The notes under the pieces are model-generated. The model had not been told where the DNA came from, did no database searches, and was given only the letters and a program-made list of their open reading frames with translations. Below, in pieces: positions 38,881-48,000 of a DNA stretch of 64,000 nucleotides. This DNA is from Cyanobacteria bacterium UBA6446. Lineage in GTDB: Bacteria; Cyanobacteriota; Vampirovibrionia; Gastranaerophilales; Gastranaerophilaceae. The DNA is taken from the NCBI GenBank assembly GCA_002438405.1, contig DJOE01000004.1, positions 4,492 to 68,491 of the forward strand, in the 5' to 3' direction. Both the position numbers and the translations under genes were made by a program. Every line of letters begins with the position of its first letter. Position 1 is the first letter of the stretch.

Positions 38881-39618
38881 ATGAGAAGAATTTTAATAGT
38901 TTCAGCTTTATTAGTTTTTTCCGGTAGTGCATTTGCCGCAGGGAATTACAGCTATCAACAAAATTCTACTCAACCGGAATATAATTCTAACTACTATGCA
39001 CCAGAAACTTTTAACGTAAATAACAATACATTAAAAGGTAGTGTTGTTACTGTTCCGGCAGGTCAAACTTTTAGAGCTGCATTAATGGCTCCAATAAGTT
39101 CTGAAACAGCTTACCAAGGACAAACTATCACACTAGCATTAAGTTCTGACTTTTACTATAAAGGAAACAGAATTGCTCCAGCAGGAAGCTCCGTAACTGG
39201 TACAGTTATTGAAGTTTCAAAAGCAAAACACGGAACTATGAATGGGAAATTAACACTTAGATTTACATCAATAATCACTCCGAGCGGATTAAATATTCCA
39301 ATCTCTGCATTAATTAAAACAGATGATAATACCGGAGCCTTAATCGGTGGAACAAAATTTGAAACAACCACTGAGTATGCAAAAGATATTGCAATCGGAG
39401 CAGGAGCCGGTGCAGTATTAGGAACAATCGCAGGACCTCTTTCTGGTGGTAGTGTAGGACGAGGTGCAGCACTTATGACCGCTGTTGGAGCAGGTGGCGG
39501 ACTTGTAAAATCTATTTGGGATAAAGGTTCAGATGTAGAAATTCCAGCAAATGCATCTGTTGAACTAATTCTTACCCAACCGATTACAGTAAATCCGTCA
39601 AGCTCTCAAAATCAGTAA
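38881..39618 (+). CDS. secreted protein with a TrbI/VirB10-like core and a C-terminal glycine-zipper segment
   Basis: It has the signal peptide 'LLVFSGSAFA'. The segment 'VPAGQTFRAALMAPISSE..GQTITLAL..D...G..IAPAGSSVTGTVIEV....GKLTLRFTSIITPSGLNIPI' follows the TrbI-family pattern as I remember it. 'GAGAGAVLGTIAGPLSGGSVGRGAALMTAVGAGGG' is a glycine zipper. Confidence 0.5.
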   Translation: MRRILIVSALLVFSGSAFAAGNYSYQQNSTQPEYNSNYYAPETFNVNNNTLKGSVVTVPAGQTFRAALMAPISSETAYQGQTITLALSSDFYYKGNRIAPAGSSVTGTVIEVSKAKHGTMNGKLTLRFTSIITPSGLNIPISALIKTDDNTGALIGGTKFETTTEYAKDIAIGAGAGAVLGTIAGPLSGGSVGRGAALMTAVGAGGGLVKSIWDKGSDVEIPANASVELILTQPITVNPSSSQNQ

Positions 39619-39701
39619 ATCGGGCAATAATTTTATTTTTACTTTAAAATAGAATTATTAATAGAAATAGAAAATTAAATTATTTGTTGTTAGGGAATAA
39701 A

Positions 39702-40961
39702 ATGTCAATATTAGGGAAATACACTGAAAATGTAAATAACAGAAGAGAATACAATGAAAACTCTTCAAGAAACAAATCCGATTTTGTAATGCCAGCTGTT
39801 ACAAGAGAAGAAGATGATGATTCAATTTCATTAAAACAAGGGGTTGTAATTTCTACAATTTTACACCCTGCAACCTTACTTACAATATGGCTTATTGTAA
39901 CAATACTTGCTATTTTTGGAATTAATCTTTCAATATTTAATAAGCCCCAACCTAAAACAAAAGATATTGAATTTGTTCTTGTTGATAAAGAACAAACACC
40001 AAAGAATAAAAACACAAAATTTAGAGCAGACAAAAATTCAAGAACAGGCGGAATTAATAACCCTAAACTTCCTGTTTCTATGCCATCATCTGCTCCATCT
40101 GCAGCTCCAAAAGCTGCATCTCCGGCACCGGCTCCTGCTCCGGCCCCTAAAAAACAATCAATAATAAACAAAATATCTCAAAGTGTTGCACCTAAAAAGG
40201 CGCCAAGCCCAGCGCAACCTAAAATGACGACTCAACAAAAGAATGTTAAACCATCACCAACAGTTGAAAAAGCAATACCAAAACCAACTGTTGCAAGACC
40301 TCAACCACCAACAGCTAGACCGTCTGTCAAACCGCCAATGACACCAAAAACGGTTTCAAGACCAAGTTCTTCACCGTTTAAAGTTCCAGTTCCTGCAGGT
40401 GGGACAAAAGCAGGACAATATGCAACAGGACCTATCAGTGGTTCTGGTTCATCTAGAAACGGCGGATCAAGAGGTAGTGGAACTTATGCACCAAATCCGT
40501 CACTAGCTCCAGTAGGAAGTGGTTCAGGTTCAAGAATTGCATCATCTGGTTCTGGAACGGGTAGAAGTGGTTCAGGCACAGGTTCCGGTTACGGAAGAGG
40601 CTCTGGCTCTGGCGGAGGAAACCCAGGAGGTGGCGGAGGTCGTCCTGGAATTGACGCAATCAGAGAACCGGATTTTGGTCCATATATGAGAGAACTTCAA
40701 AGAAGAATCAAAATGAACTGGGATCCTCCAAAAGGAAATGAAAGTAAACGTGTAGTTCTTTTATTCAAAATTGCGAAAGACGGAAGATTACTTTCATGTA
40801 GTGTATTCAAATCATCTGGTCTTCCAAATGCAGATAAAGCAGCTATAAATGCAGTTCATTTATCCGCACCATTCAGACCTTTACCACCTGAATACAAAAA
40901 CTCAAGCATCGATATTCAATTTACATTTGACTACAATGTATTTGGAGCTTCAAAATACTAA
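39702..40961 (+). CDS. tonB: TonB-family energy transducer with Pro-rich and Gly/Ser-rich linkers
   Basis: The layout is an N-terminal TM anchor, Pro/Ala/Lys-rich and G/S-rich low-complexity regions, and a C-terminal 'LQRRIKMNWDPP...VLLFKIAKDGRLLSCSVFKSSGLPNADKAAINAV' TonB_C-like domain. exbB-exbD-exbD follow immediately. The start is set at the ATG at 39702; the ORF track uses a TTG at 39684. Confidence 0.75.
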   Translation: MSILGKYTENVNNRREYNENSSRNKSDFVMPAVTREEDDDSISLKQGVVISTILHPATLLTIWLIVTILAIFGINLSIFNKPQPKTKDIEFVLVDKEQTPKNKNTKFRADKNSRTGGINNPKLPVSMPSSAPSAAPKAASPAPAPAPAPKKQSIINKISQSVAPKKAPSPAQPKMTTQQKNVKPSPTVEKAIPKPTVARPQPPTARPSVKPPMTPKTVSRPSSSPFKVPVPAGGTKAGQYATGPISGSGSSRNGGSRGSGTYAPNPSLAPVGSGSGSRIASSGSGTGRSGSGTGSGYGRGSGSGGGNPGGGGGRPGIDAIREPDFGPYMRELQRRIKMNWDPPKGNESKRVVLLFKIAKDGRLLSCSVFKSSGLPNADKAAINAVHLSAPFRPLPPEYKNSSIDIQFTFDYNVFGASKY

Positions 40962-41000
40962 TCAGAAAATAAGTTATTACATAAAAAGAGGATAGAAACT

Positions 41001-41660
41001 ATGAATTTATTATTAGAATCAATTAAAATGGACTGGCCGGTATTATTACCGATTTTCCTATGTTCAATTTTAGTTGTAGGTGTTGTTATCAGCAAATGGT
41101 CATTCTACTCAAAGAACCAACGTGATATCACTATCTACATGAGAGAATTAAACAGAGAACTTTCTAAAAATGATTTGTCTGCAGCACAAAACATCGCAAT
41201 CAGATGCGGTGGTGTTATTGGAGAAGTTATTGAAGAAGCTGTAAGAATTTTTTCAGAACAGAAGAAAGGATTTTCTCGATCATTTGATATTTCAGCAGCA
41301 TTAGCATCTAGAAAATTAGAAAGCCATTTAACAATCTTAGGTACTATTGGTGGTGTTGCACCGTTCCTAGGTCTGTTTGGTACAGTTGTAAGAATTTTGC
41401 TTATCTTTGTTGATATGCCAAACTTGGGTGCTAACTCTGGAGCTATCGCATCAGGTATCGGTTCAGCATTGATTGCTACAGCATTCGGTCTTGGTGTTGC
41501 GATTGTTGCAGTAGTATTTTACAACTCATTCCAATCAATTGTTAAACATTACGAAGATGATTTCCAATTAATCAAATTGTTATTCTTGAGCTTTGTAGAT
41601 TCTGATGACAACGAACCTCAACCAACTTCAAAATACTCATCTTCAAAAATCAATTTATAG
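41001..41660 (+). CDS. exbB: MotA/TolQ/ExbB proton-channel family protein
   Basis: Three-TM topology, and 'LGTIGGVAPFLGLFGTV..I' is the family signature. Confidence 0.85.
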   Translation: MNLLLESIKMDWPVLLPIFLCSILVVGVVISKWSFYSKNQRDITIYMRELNRELSKNDLSAAQNIAIRCGGVIGEVIEEAVRIFSEQKKGFSRSFDISAALASRKLESHLTILGTIGGVAPFLGLFGTVVRILLIFVDMPNLGANSGAIASGIGSALIATAFGLGVAIVAVVFYNSFQSIVKHYEDDFQLIKLLFLSFVDSDDNEPQPTSKYSSSKINL

Positions 41661-41672
41661 TAAGGTATAAAA

Positions 41673-42140
41673 ATGGCATTTTCATCAAATAAAAAACAAA
41701 AACTTTTTACAGAAATAAATATCACACCATTAACAGATATTTTCTTAGTTCTGTTGATTATCATGATGGTTATAGCTCCATCATTCAAATCAATGGAAGA
41801 AACAGTTGATGTTCCTGAGGTTAACAACGGAGCAACTATTGAAGATGCAAAAGTTACTGTTTCAATTACTAAAGATGGAAATATGTATGTTAACGATGAA
41901 CCAATACAAGCAGATGCTTTAACGGATAAATTATTAGCTGCAAAAGGTAATAATGAAAAAGCTGAAGTTGTTGTTAAGGCTGATAAAAATGTGAAAAGTG
42001 CAACAATAATGAATGTTATGAATTCGGCACAAGATGCTGAGTATAAAAAACTCGTTGTTGCAGGTGAACCATTAAGTGCAAAAGCACAACAAGACCTTAA
42101 CAATAAAAACAAAGTAAATGTGCCGGAGGGTGAAGAATAA
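41673..42140 (+). CDS. exbD: ExbD/TolR family protein
   Basis: 'EINITPLTDIFLVLLIIMMV' is the canonical ExbD/TolR N-terminal TM motif. Confidence 0.85.
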   Translation: MAFSSNKKQKLFTEINITPLTDIFLVLLIIMMVIAPSFKSMEETVDVPEVNNGATIEDAKVTVSITKDGNMYVNDEPIQADALTDKLLAAKGNNEKAEVVVKADKNVKSATIMNVMNSAQDAEYKKLVVAGEPLSAKAQQDLNNKNKVNVPEGEE

Positions 42141-42520
42141 TGAAAAAAACATTCAACGAAATCAATATTACACCATTAACAGATATCTTTCTGGTACTTT
42201 TAATCATTATGATGGTTGTAGCACCAATGCTTGACCAACAAGGTATTGGTTTGACAGTTCCAGAGAATGTTGAACAAACTAAAATGAACAAAGAATCAAA
42301 AATTTTAACGGTTACAGTTACAAGCAACAACAAATATTATATTCACAATGTTGAAGTTCCTGCTGATAATCTTGGTAATGTTCTAAGTCAAGAAATCAAG
42401 AATTATCCGGACGGTTTACTCATTGAAACAGATGGAAATTCTAACCACGGAACAGTTGTAAAATTGATGGATAAAGCAAGAGAAGTTGGGGTTAACGCAA
42501 TTTCTTTGGATCAAATTTAA
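42140..42520 (+). CDS. exbD: ExbD/TolR family protein (second copy)
   Basis: 'EINITPLTDIFLVLLIIMMV' is repeated. The ATG overlaps the previous stop (TAATG). Confidence 0.85.
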   Translation: MKKTFNEINITPLTDIFLVLLIIMMVVAPMLDQQGIGLTVPENVEQTKMNKESKILTVTVTSNNKYYIHNVEVPADNLGNVLSQEIKNYPDGLLIETDGNSNHGTVVKLMDKAREVGVNAISLDQI

Positions 42521-42547
42521 AATAATAAATACATAGTTAAAAATATA

Positions 42548-42577
42548 ACCCTCAATAAAATATTTTATTGAGGGTTT
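42548..42577. terminator. hairpin terminator between convergent operons
   Basis: AACCCTCAATAAAATA/TATTTTATTGAGGGTT long perfect hairpin followed by a T-rich run on the plus strand. Confidence 0.75.
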
Positions 42578-42603
42578 TGATTTTGATTATTTATAACTTT
42601 TAA

Positions 42604-43731
42604 CTACTTAATTTTAACCCTTGGAACAACAGACATTCCGGGAACAATATTATATTTTGTATAATCTTCATCAAACATAATTTTAACGGGAACTCTTTGA
42701 ACTATTTTTACGTAACTACCAACAGCATTTTCCGGAGGGAATAAACTTGATTTAGCACCTGTAGCTCTTTGGATACTATCAACATGAGCTTTGAATTTTT
42801 TCCCTGGGTAAGTATCAACAGAAATCCAAGCCCTTTGTCCAGGGTGCATGTGAGTCAATTGACCCTCTTTGTAGTTTGCTACAACCCAAATTTGTTCAGG
42901 AACAACTGACAATAGAGGTTGTCCAACCTGAACATAGTTACCTTGTTCAACACTTCTTGCAGAAATCTTTCCGTTTGATGGAGCATATATTTTTGTATAG
43001 CTTAAATTTAATTTAGCTTGTTCAACTTCGGCTTCCAATCTTTGGATTTCAGCTTGAACTGATTGAGTTTTAGCAATTGAGGATTCAAGTTCTGATTTCA
43101 TAGCTTTTGAACGATTTGAAGCAGATTGATAATTTGCGTTTGAAACATCTAAATCTTTAGAACTTCTATCATAGTCTTGTTTAGATACAACACCTGTTTT
43201 ATACATTTCGTTATATCTTTTGTAATCTTTTTGAGCAAAATCAAGCTTTGACATTGCAGAAGTTGTATCATCAACAGACTGACTAACATTTGATGCATTT
43301 TTAGAAACATCATGAGTTGAAACATTCAATCTGGCTTTAGCTTCTGCCAATTTAGCTTCTGCCTGCTGCAATTTTACTTTATAATCATTAGGATCAATTT
43401 CCAAAAGAAGTTCACCCTTTTTAACTTGTTGGTTATCATCAACCAGTAAATGAATTACTGGACCAGAGACCCTTGGAGCAACAGAAATTATTCTACCTTC
43501 AACAAAAGCATCATCGGTTGATTGATAATGTGTTGCCATGATTGCGGCATAAACACCTAACAATATCAAAATACCGGCAGCAATAGCGGGTAAAAAGACT
43601 CTTTTTTTAGTTAATTTCGGACGACGCTTTTTTAGTTTTGCCTTTGCCAAAATTTCTAAGTCTTCTCGACTTCTTCTCCATTTTCCTACGGGGTGGGAAT
43701 CTTCACTAAAATTTTTCTTAAAATTTGTCAT
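42604..43731 (-). CDS. HlyD/EmrA-family membrane fusion (periplasmic adaptor) protein
   Basis: The layout is an N-terminal TM, 'TDDAFVEGRIISVAPRVSGPV' (lipoyl/barrel-sandwich domain), a long coiled coil, then 'YTKIYAPSNGKIS' and a C-terminal beta domain. Confidence 0.85.
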   Translation of the reverse strand: MTNFKKNFSEDSHPVGKWRRSREDLEILAKAKLKKRRPKLTKKRVFLPAIAAGILILLGVYAAIMATHYQSTDDAFVEGRIISVAPRVSGPVIHLLVDDNQQVKKGELLLEIDPNDYKVKLQQAEAKLAEAKARLNVSTHDVSKNASNVSQSVDDTTSAMSKLDFAQKDYKRYNEMYKTGVVSKQDYDRSSKDLDVSNANYQSASNRSKAMKSELESSIAKTQSVQAEIQRLEAEVEQAKLNLSYTKIYAPSNGKISARSVEQGNYVQVGQPLLSVVPEQIWVVANYKEGQLTHMHPGQRAWISVDTYPGKKFKAHVDSIQRATGAKSSLFPPENAVGSYVKIVQRVPVKIMFDEDYTKYNIVPGMSVVPRVKIK

Positions 43732-43745
43732 ATTTTCCTCTTATC

Positions 43746-44204
43746 TTATATTTGTATATTTACTTTTGCTAATAAATTTTTCTTAATTTCAGAAAGAATT
43801 TCAAAAAACGCATCGACTTTTTCTTCTGGAATATCTTTACAAGTGTAAGCCCAAAGTCTTAAAATAGTTGGTTTAACTTGCTCATAAACGTTTCGCCCCT
43901 CATCAGTTATTGAAATTTTGAAAGTTTTTCGACCTGAAACACTTTCTGTTTTGGTAATATAACCTTTATTTTCTAATATCGAAACAATTCTTGAAACATT
44001 TGCTCTATCTTTTAGAGTTAAGGCTGAAATTTGTCTTTGATAAAGTTCTTCATTTTCAATCAAAACAGATAAAACTGAAAATTGTTCTGGAGTAACATCG
44101 TATTGAAGATTCGAAAATGTTTGTATAGCAAGCATTTTTGACAAGTTTCCAACACCTGTCAATTCCAAACCTATTTTATGTTTCATTTTCTGTTCGTTGT
44201 CCAT
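43746..44204 (-). CDS. MarR-family transcriptional regulator
   Basis: 'ISALTLKDRANVSRIVSILENKGYI' is a MarR wHTH. The start is set at MDNEQK, which has an AAGGAA RBS. The ORF track extends to 44255. Confidence 0.8.
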   Translation of the reverse strand: MDNEQKMKHKIGLELTGVGNLSKMLAIQTFSNLQYDVTPEQFSVLSVLIENEELYQRQISALTLKDRANVSRIVSILENKGYITKTESVSGRKTFKISITDEGRNVYEQVKPTILRLWAYTCKDIPEEKVDAFFEILSEIKKNLLAKVNIQI

Positions 44205-44253
44205 GATTTCCTTTTGTGTTATCATAATAACATAAAAAAGGATAAAAAATAGC

Positions 44254-45624
44254 ATGAAAAAACTTAAATTAATAATTTTACTTATATGTTTAACCCTAAT
44301 TCCGACACAAACATTGGCAAAAACAAAGAATATTCAGGATAACAACGATTTACAATACATGAATTTAACTTGGTGGCAAAAATTCAACGACCAAAAGTTG
44401 AATGATTATTTAATGACAATATACAAAAATAATCCTGATTTAAAAATTGCAACCATTAAAAATAAACAATCTCAACAGGTAATGAAACAAGCTTTTGCAA
44501 ATCAACTACCTCAATTGTACTTTAATGGCACAATGCAAAGAGAATTCACCGGAAGTACACAAAGATTTGGTGATGTTGTTATTCCTGATTACAACCAAGC
44601 ACATTATATCTTGCCTCTTACTATGTCTTATGAAGTTGATTTGTGGGGAGAAAATTATTTAAAAACTAAAAGTTTGAAAAAACAAATTGAAATGACAACC
44701 CAAGATGAAAGAGCATCATATATTTCAATTTCATCAAATTTTGCATCAAATTATTACACCTTGATTGGAATTGACAAGCTTATCCAAAATCAAAAAGATT
44801 TGTTAAAAATCGAGCAAGATATTGTAAATTTGGAAGAACAAAAATATAACAGTGGTTTATGCCCCATTGCAGAAGTTTTATCCGAAAAACAATCTTTAAC
44901 ACAAATGCAAGAAAGGTTGAACTCATTAGCTGAAAGACAAGATATTGTAGTAAACCAACTAATTACTCAACTTGGTGATAGAATGCTTACAAAAATAGAC
45001 CGAAGCAATTATGATTCAATATCAACAATTTCAACACCAAATGACATTTCAACAGAATACATTGGGAATAGACCTGATGTTCAGAAAGCAGAATTATACA
45101 TTCAAAAAACCGGAATTGATGTAAAAGTCGCAAGAAGAGATTTTTTACCAAAATTCAGAGTTTATGGTCAAGTAGGATTTAACTCTTACGATTGGTGCAG
45201 AATGTTTGCACCTCATACATTCCTATCAACTGCCGGTGTTGCACCATCACTTGATTTATTCACAGGTGGATACAAAAAAGCGGTTTTAAGATACAACAAA
45301 CTTGAATACGAAAAAGCTCTACAAATATATGAAAAAGCAATTCTATCTTCAATTCAAGAGTTGAATGATGCAATGATGAGTATTAAAACAGCTAATTCAA
45401 ATTACGAAAAAAGCAAAGAACGTTACAATCTTGAAAAAGAAAAACTTGATTTGTCTAACAATCAATACAAAATTGGTGGAAGAGCTAAACTCGACAACAT
45501 GAAAGACCAACAAAATATTTTGATTGTTGAAGAAGATATGGTTACAAATAATATTAATAGAGTAATTTCAACTATTAATTTGTACAAAGCTACCGGCGGT
45601 AAAGATTTTACCCAAGATTTATAA
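44254..45624 (+). CDS. TolC/OprM-family outer-membrane efflux protein
   Basis: It has a signal peptide and two repeated OEP halves with coiled-coil-rich sequence ('RPDVQKAELYIQKTGIDVKVARRDFLPKF'). It is divergent from the MarR-HlyD genes. Confidence 0.8.
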   Translation: MKKLKLIILLICLTLIPTQTLAKTKNIQDNNDLQYMNLTWWQKFNDQKLNDYLMTIYKNNPDLKIATIKNKQSQQVMKQAFANQLPQLYFNGTMQREFTGSTQRFGDVVIPDYNQAHYILPLTMSYEVDLWGENYLKTKSLKKQIEMTTQDERASYISISSNFASNYYTLIGIDKLIQNQKDLLKIEQDIVNLEEQKYNSGLCPIAEVLSEKQSLTQMQERLNSLAERQDIVVNQLITQLGDRMLTKIDRSNYDSISTISTPNDISTEYIGNRPDVQKAELYIQKTGIDVKVARRDFLPKFRVYGQVGFNSYDWCRMFAPHTFLSTAGVAPSLDLFTGGYKKAVLRYNKLEYEKALQIYEKAILSSIQELNDAMMSIKTANSNYEKSKERYNLEKEKLDLSNNQYKIGGRAKLDNMKDQQNILIVEEDMVTNNINRVISTINLYKATGGKDFTQDL

Positions 45625-45628
45625 TAAA

Positions 45629-47428
45629 TTAAATTGTTGCCGGAACTTTAACCGAATAATTATGAGAGAAAGTTTCAATAGGAATAACAAAACCAAAAGT
45701 GTTATAATCTTTGGTAGAACTTTCCGCAATAACTCGTCCTCCGTGGGCTTCAATAATTTTTTTTGTTAAATACATTCCAATTTCAACTCCAACTTTATCA
45801 AATTTTTGTCCAGAAGTTGAATATTTTGAGAATAAAAAATCCATACTCTCTGGTGGAATATATTTACTTGAATTTTTTACTCTAAATTCAAAAGAATGTT
45901 TTCTTTGGTGCATACTAATTTCAACTTTTGAACCACAATAGGCATAAGAAATACCATTCCTAATAAAAATTGACATAACCCGACCAAGTTCCATTTTATC
46001 ACCCGATATTTTTAAATCAGCAACAGATGGCGAGATATTAATTTTTAAAGAATTGTCACTTATTGTTTTTGATAATTTTTCTAAACAAGAATGAATTATA
46101 GGCATTACGTCAAAGTTTGTATAATTCAACACTGCTTCTCCGTTTTCAAACTTGTATGTTGCAAGAAGAGTGTAAAGCATTTCATACATATATTTACAAG
46201 AATCTAATGTCAAGGCAATCATCTCTGATTGAGCTTCATTGAATTCTCCAAACTGACCGCTAAGCAATAATTCAAGAGAACGAATTTGTGCAAGTGTAGG
46301 AGTTTTCAAATCGTGACTTAATGTTGCAATATAAGTTTCTCTTTGATCGTTAATCCGTTTTTCACTTTCAATATTTTTGGCAAATGACATTACATATTCT
46401 GGAATTTCATTTTCATCTCTTAATAGTACAACACTCACATCGTAAGTATATTTATCCCCATTTGCAGCAACACAAATTTTTTCAAAATGATTTGATTTAT
46501 TTTGCTCCAAAACCTCATTATGGGTTGCTACAACAAGCTTTTTTAAATCATTAACATCATATTTGATATTTAATCCCTCAACAGTTGCATCAATTCCATT
46601 GAGCAAAAAATCTTTAGCTTTTTCATTACCAAAAACAAAATTTCCTTGAGTATCTAAAATAAATGCCATTAATGGTAAATGATTTAGCAATAAACATAAG
46701 CGAGAATTCGAAAATTCTAAAGTTTTTTTCAAATTAGCAGAATCAGTAATATTACGAGTAAGAGTCAACACTCCAACAACAATACCATTACTAATAATAG
46801 GAGATGAAATCCTTTCATAAATTTGTTCTCGGCCATCTCGAAAAAACTTCATGTTATAAGTAATTGGGGTTCGTTGCGTCATCGCAAGAGCATCATACCC
46901 CGCAATCTTATCTGCATCTTTTTTATCAAACAATTCCTCAGGGGTTTTACCAATAACACTTTCTGATGGAAGACCAATAAATTTTAAAAATACATTTGAG
47001 CACATTGTATAACGCATTTTGGTATCTTTACAAACAACAATTTCTGTTGACATGTCAAAAACATTACCCAAAAGTCTTGCCATGTCACAATCACAATCGT
47101 TCAATACATTACAACATTTATACTTTAAAAATTCATCATTATTTATATTTAATTTTTTGTTGATAACATAATTGTCAAAAATATATTCTATTGTCAAAAA
47201 GATAATAGTTGCGCAAACAGTAGCTTTAGTCGGAATTAAAACAAATTCATCTAAAACAGAACAACTGAAAAATAAAATTATGAAAAAAAACAAAACTCCA
47301 TGAGTTAAAAACATTCGGACTTTCAAATTAAATATATCTTTCAATTTTGTTTTCAAATTCATTTCATTCCTATTATAATTACATATATCTTTTTCTTTGC
47401 TAATATATTTAACTACAATATTAGACAT
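45629..47428 (-). CDS. membrane sensor histidine kinase with PAS domains
   Basis: The H-box is 'ATLSHDLKTPT'. The C-terminal HATPase has N/G boxes ('IRNGISYA', 'GVEIGMYLTKKIIEAHGG'). N-terminal TM segments and two PAS-like regions are present. No response regulator is adjacent. Confidence 0.85.
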   Translation of the reverse strand: MSNIVVKYISKEKDICNYNRNEMNLKTKLKDIFNLKVRMFLTHGVLFFFIILFFSCSVLDEFVLIPTKATVCATIIFLTIEYIFDNYVINKKLNINNDEFLKYKCCNVLNDCDCDMARLLGNVFDMSTEIVVCKDTKMRYTMCSNVFLKFIGLPSESVIGKTPEELFDKKDADKIAGYDALAMTQRTPITYNMKFFRDGREQIYERISSPIISNGIVVGVLTLTRNITDSANLKKTLEFSNSRLCLLLNHLPLMAFILDTQGNFVFGNEKAKDFLLNGIDATVEGLNIKYDVNDLKKLVVATHNEVLEQNKSNHFEKICVAANGDKYTYDVSVVLLRDENEIPEYVMSFAKNIESEKRINDQRETYIATLSHDLKTPTLAQIRSLELLLSGQFGEFNEAQSEMIALTLDSCKYMYEMLYTLLATYKFENGEAVLNYTNFDVMPIIHSCLEKLSKTISDNSLKINISPSVADLKISGDKMELGRVMSIFIRNGISYAYCGSKVEISMHQRKHSFEFRVKNSSKYIPPESMDFLFSKYSTSGQKFDKVGVEIGMYLTKKIIEAHGGRVIAESSTKDYNTFGFVIPIETFSHNYSVKVPATI

Positions 47429-47534
47429 AATAACATTGCCACAGTGGGTAATTTATTAATATTATTTTTGAACAAATAAAAAGATAATCACGCAAAACGC
47501 ATGATTATCTTTAAAAGGTCTTATTTTTAGAAAA

Positions 47535-47927
47535 TTATTTTTGTTCTTTTGGAGCAACAGGAGGTTGAGGGGGAGTCATATCATTAGGTTTCCCAAAATC
47601 TCTTGGAGCAGGTCCTTCTGGTCTGAATTCTCGATGCTTTTTATGATGTCTTAACATCTTGTGTTCAGGGGCTCTAAAACCTTCACCAGGTCCACCAAAT
47701 TCGCTACGATAACCGTGATTAATCATAGGAGCCGGAGGCATTGGTTGCATTATACCTTGATGAATTGGGCAAGGTGCAGGGCAATTGCATTTTGGTTTCA
47801 AGATATTAGCACTTAACAAAATAGCTAATGTTCCACCAACAAAGACTGCACCTGCAATAAATGTAAACTCTTTCAACTTTTTAATAGCCTTTTCCTTACA
47901 ATCACACTTTTTAGTTTCTTCTGTCAT
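47535..47927 (-). CDS. hypothetical single-pass membrane protein, Cys- and Pro-rich
   Basis: 130 aa, with a TM segment 'FIAGAVFVGGTLAILL' followed by 'CNCPAPCP' and a Pro/His-rich tail. No family was recognised. Confidence 0.45.
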   Translation of the reverse strand: MTEETKKCDCKEKAIKKLKEFTFIAGAVFVGGTLAILLSANILKPKCNCPAPCPIHQGIMQPMPPAPMINHGYRSEFGGPGEGFRAPEHKMLRHHKKHREFRPEGPAPRDFGKPNDMTPPQPPVAPKEQK

Positions 47928-48000
47928 CTATGACCTCCTTATTTTACAAGTTACATTTATATAACGATGTAAAATTTTAAAAGTTCAAAACGAACTAAAT

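Noticed and set aside
39680-40171. 163-aa minus-strand ORF (with further antisense ORFs at 41618-42112 and 42097-42333).
   Set aside because: These lie antisense to the well-supported tonB and exbD genes. Their products are low-complexity mirror translations of Pro/Ala-rich or TM-coding DNA.
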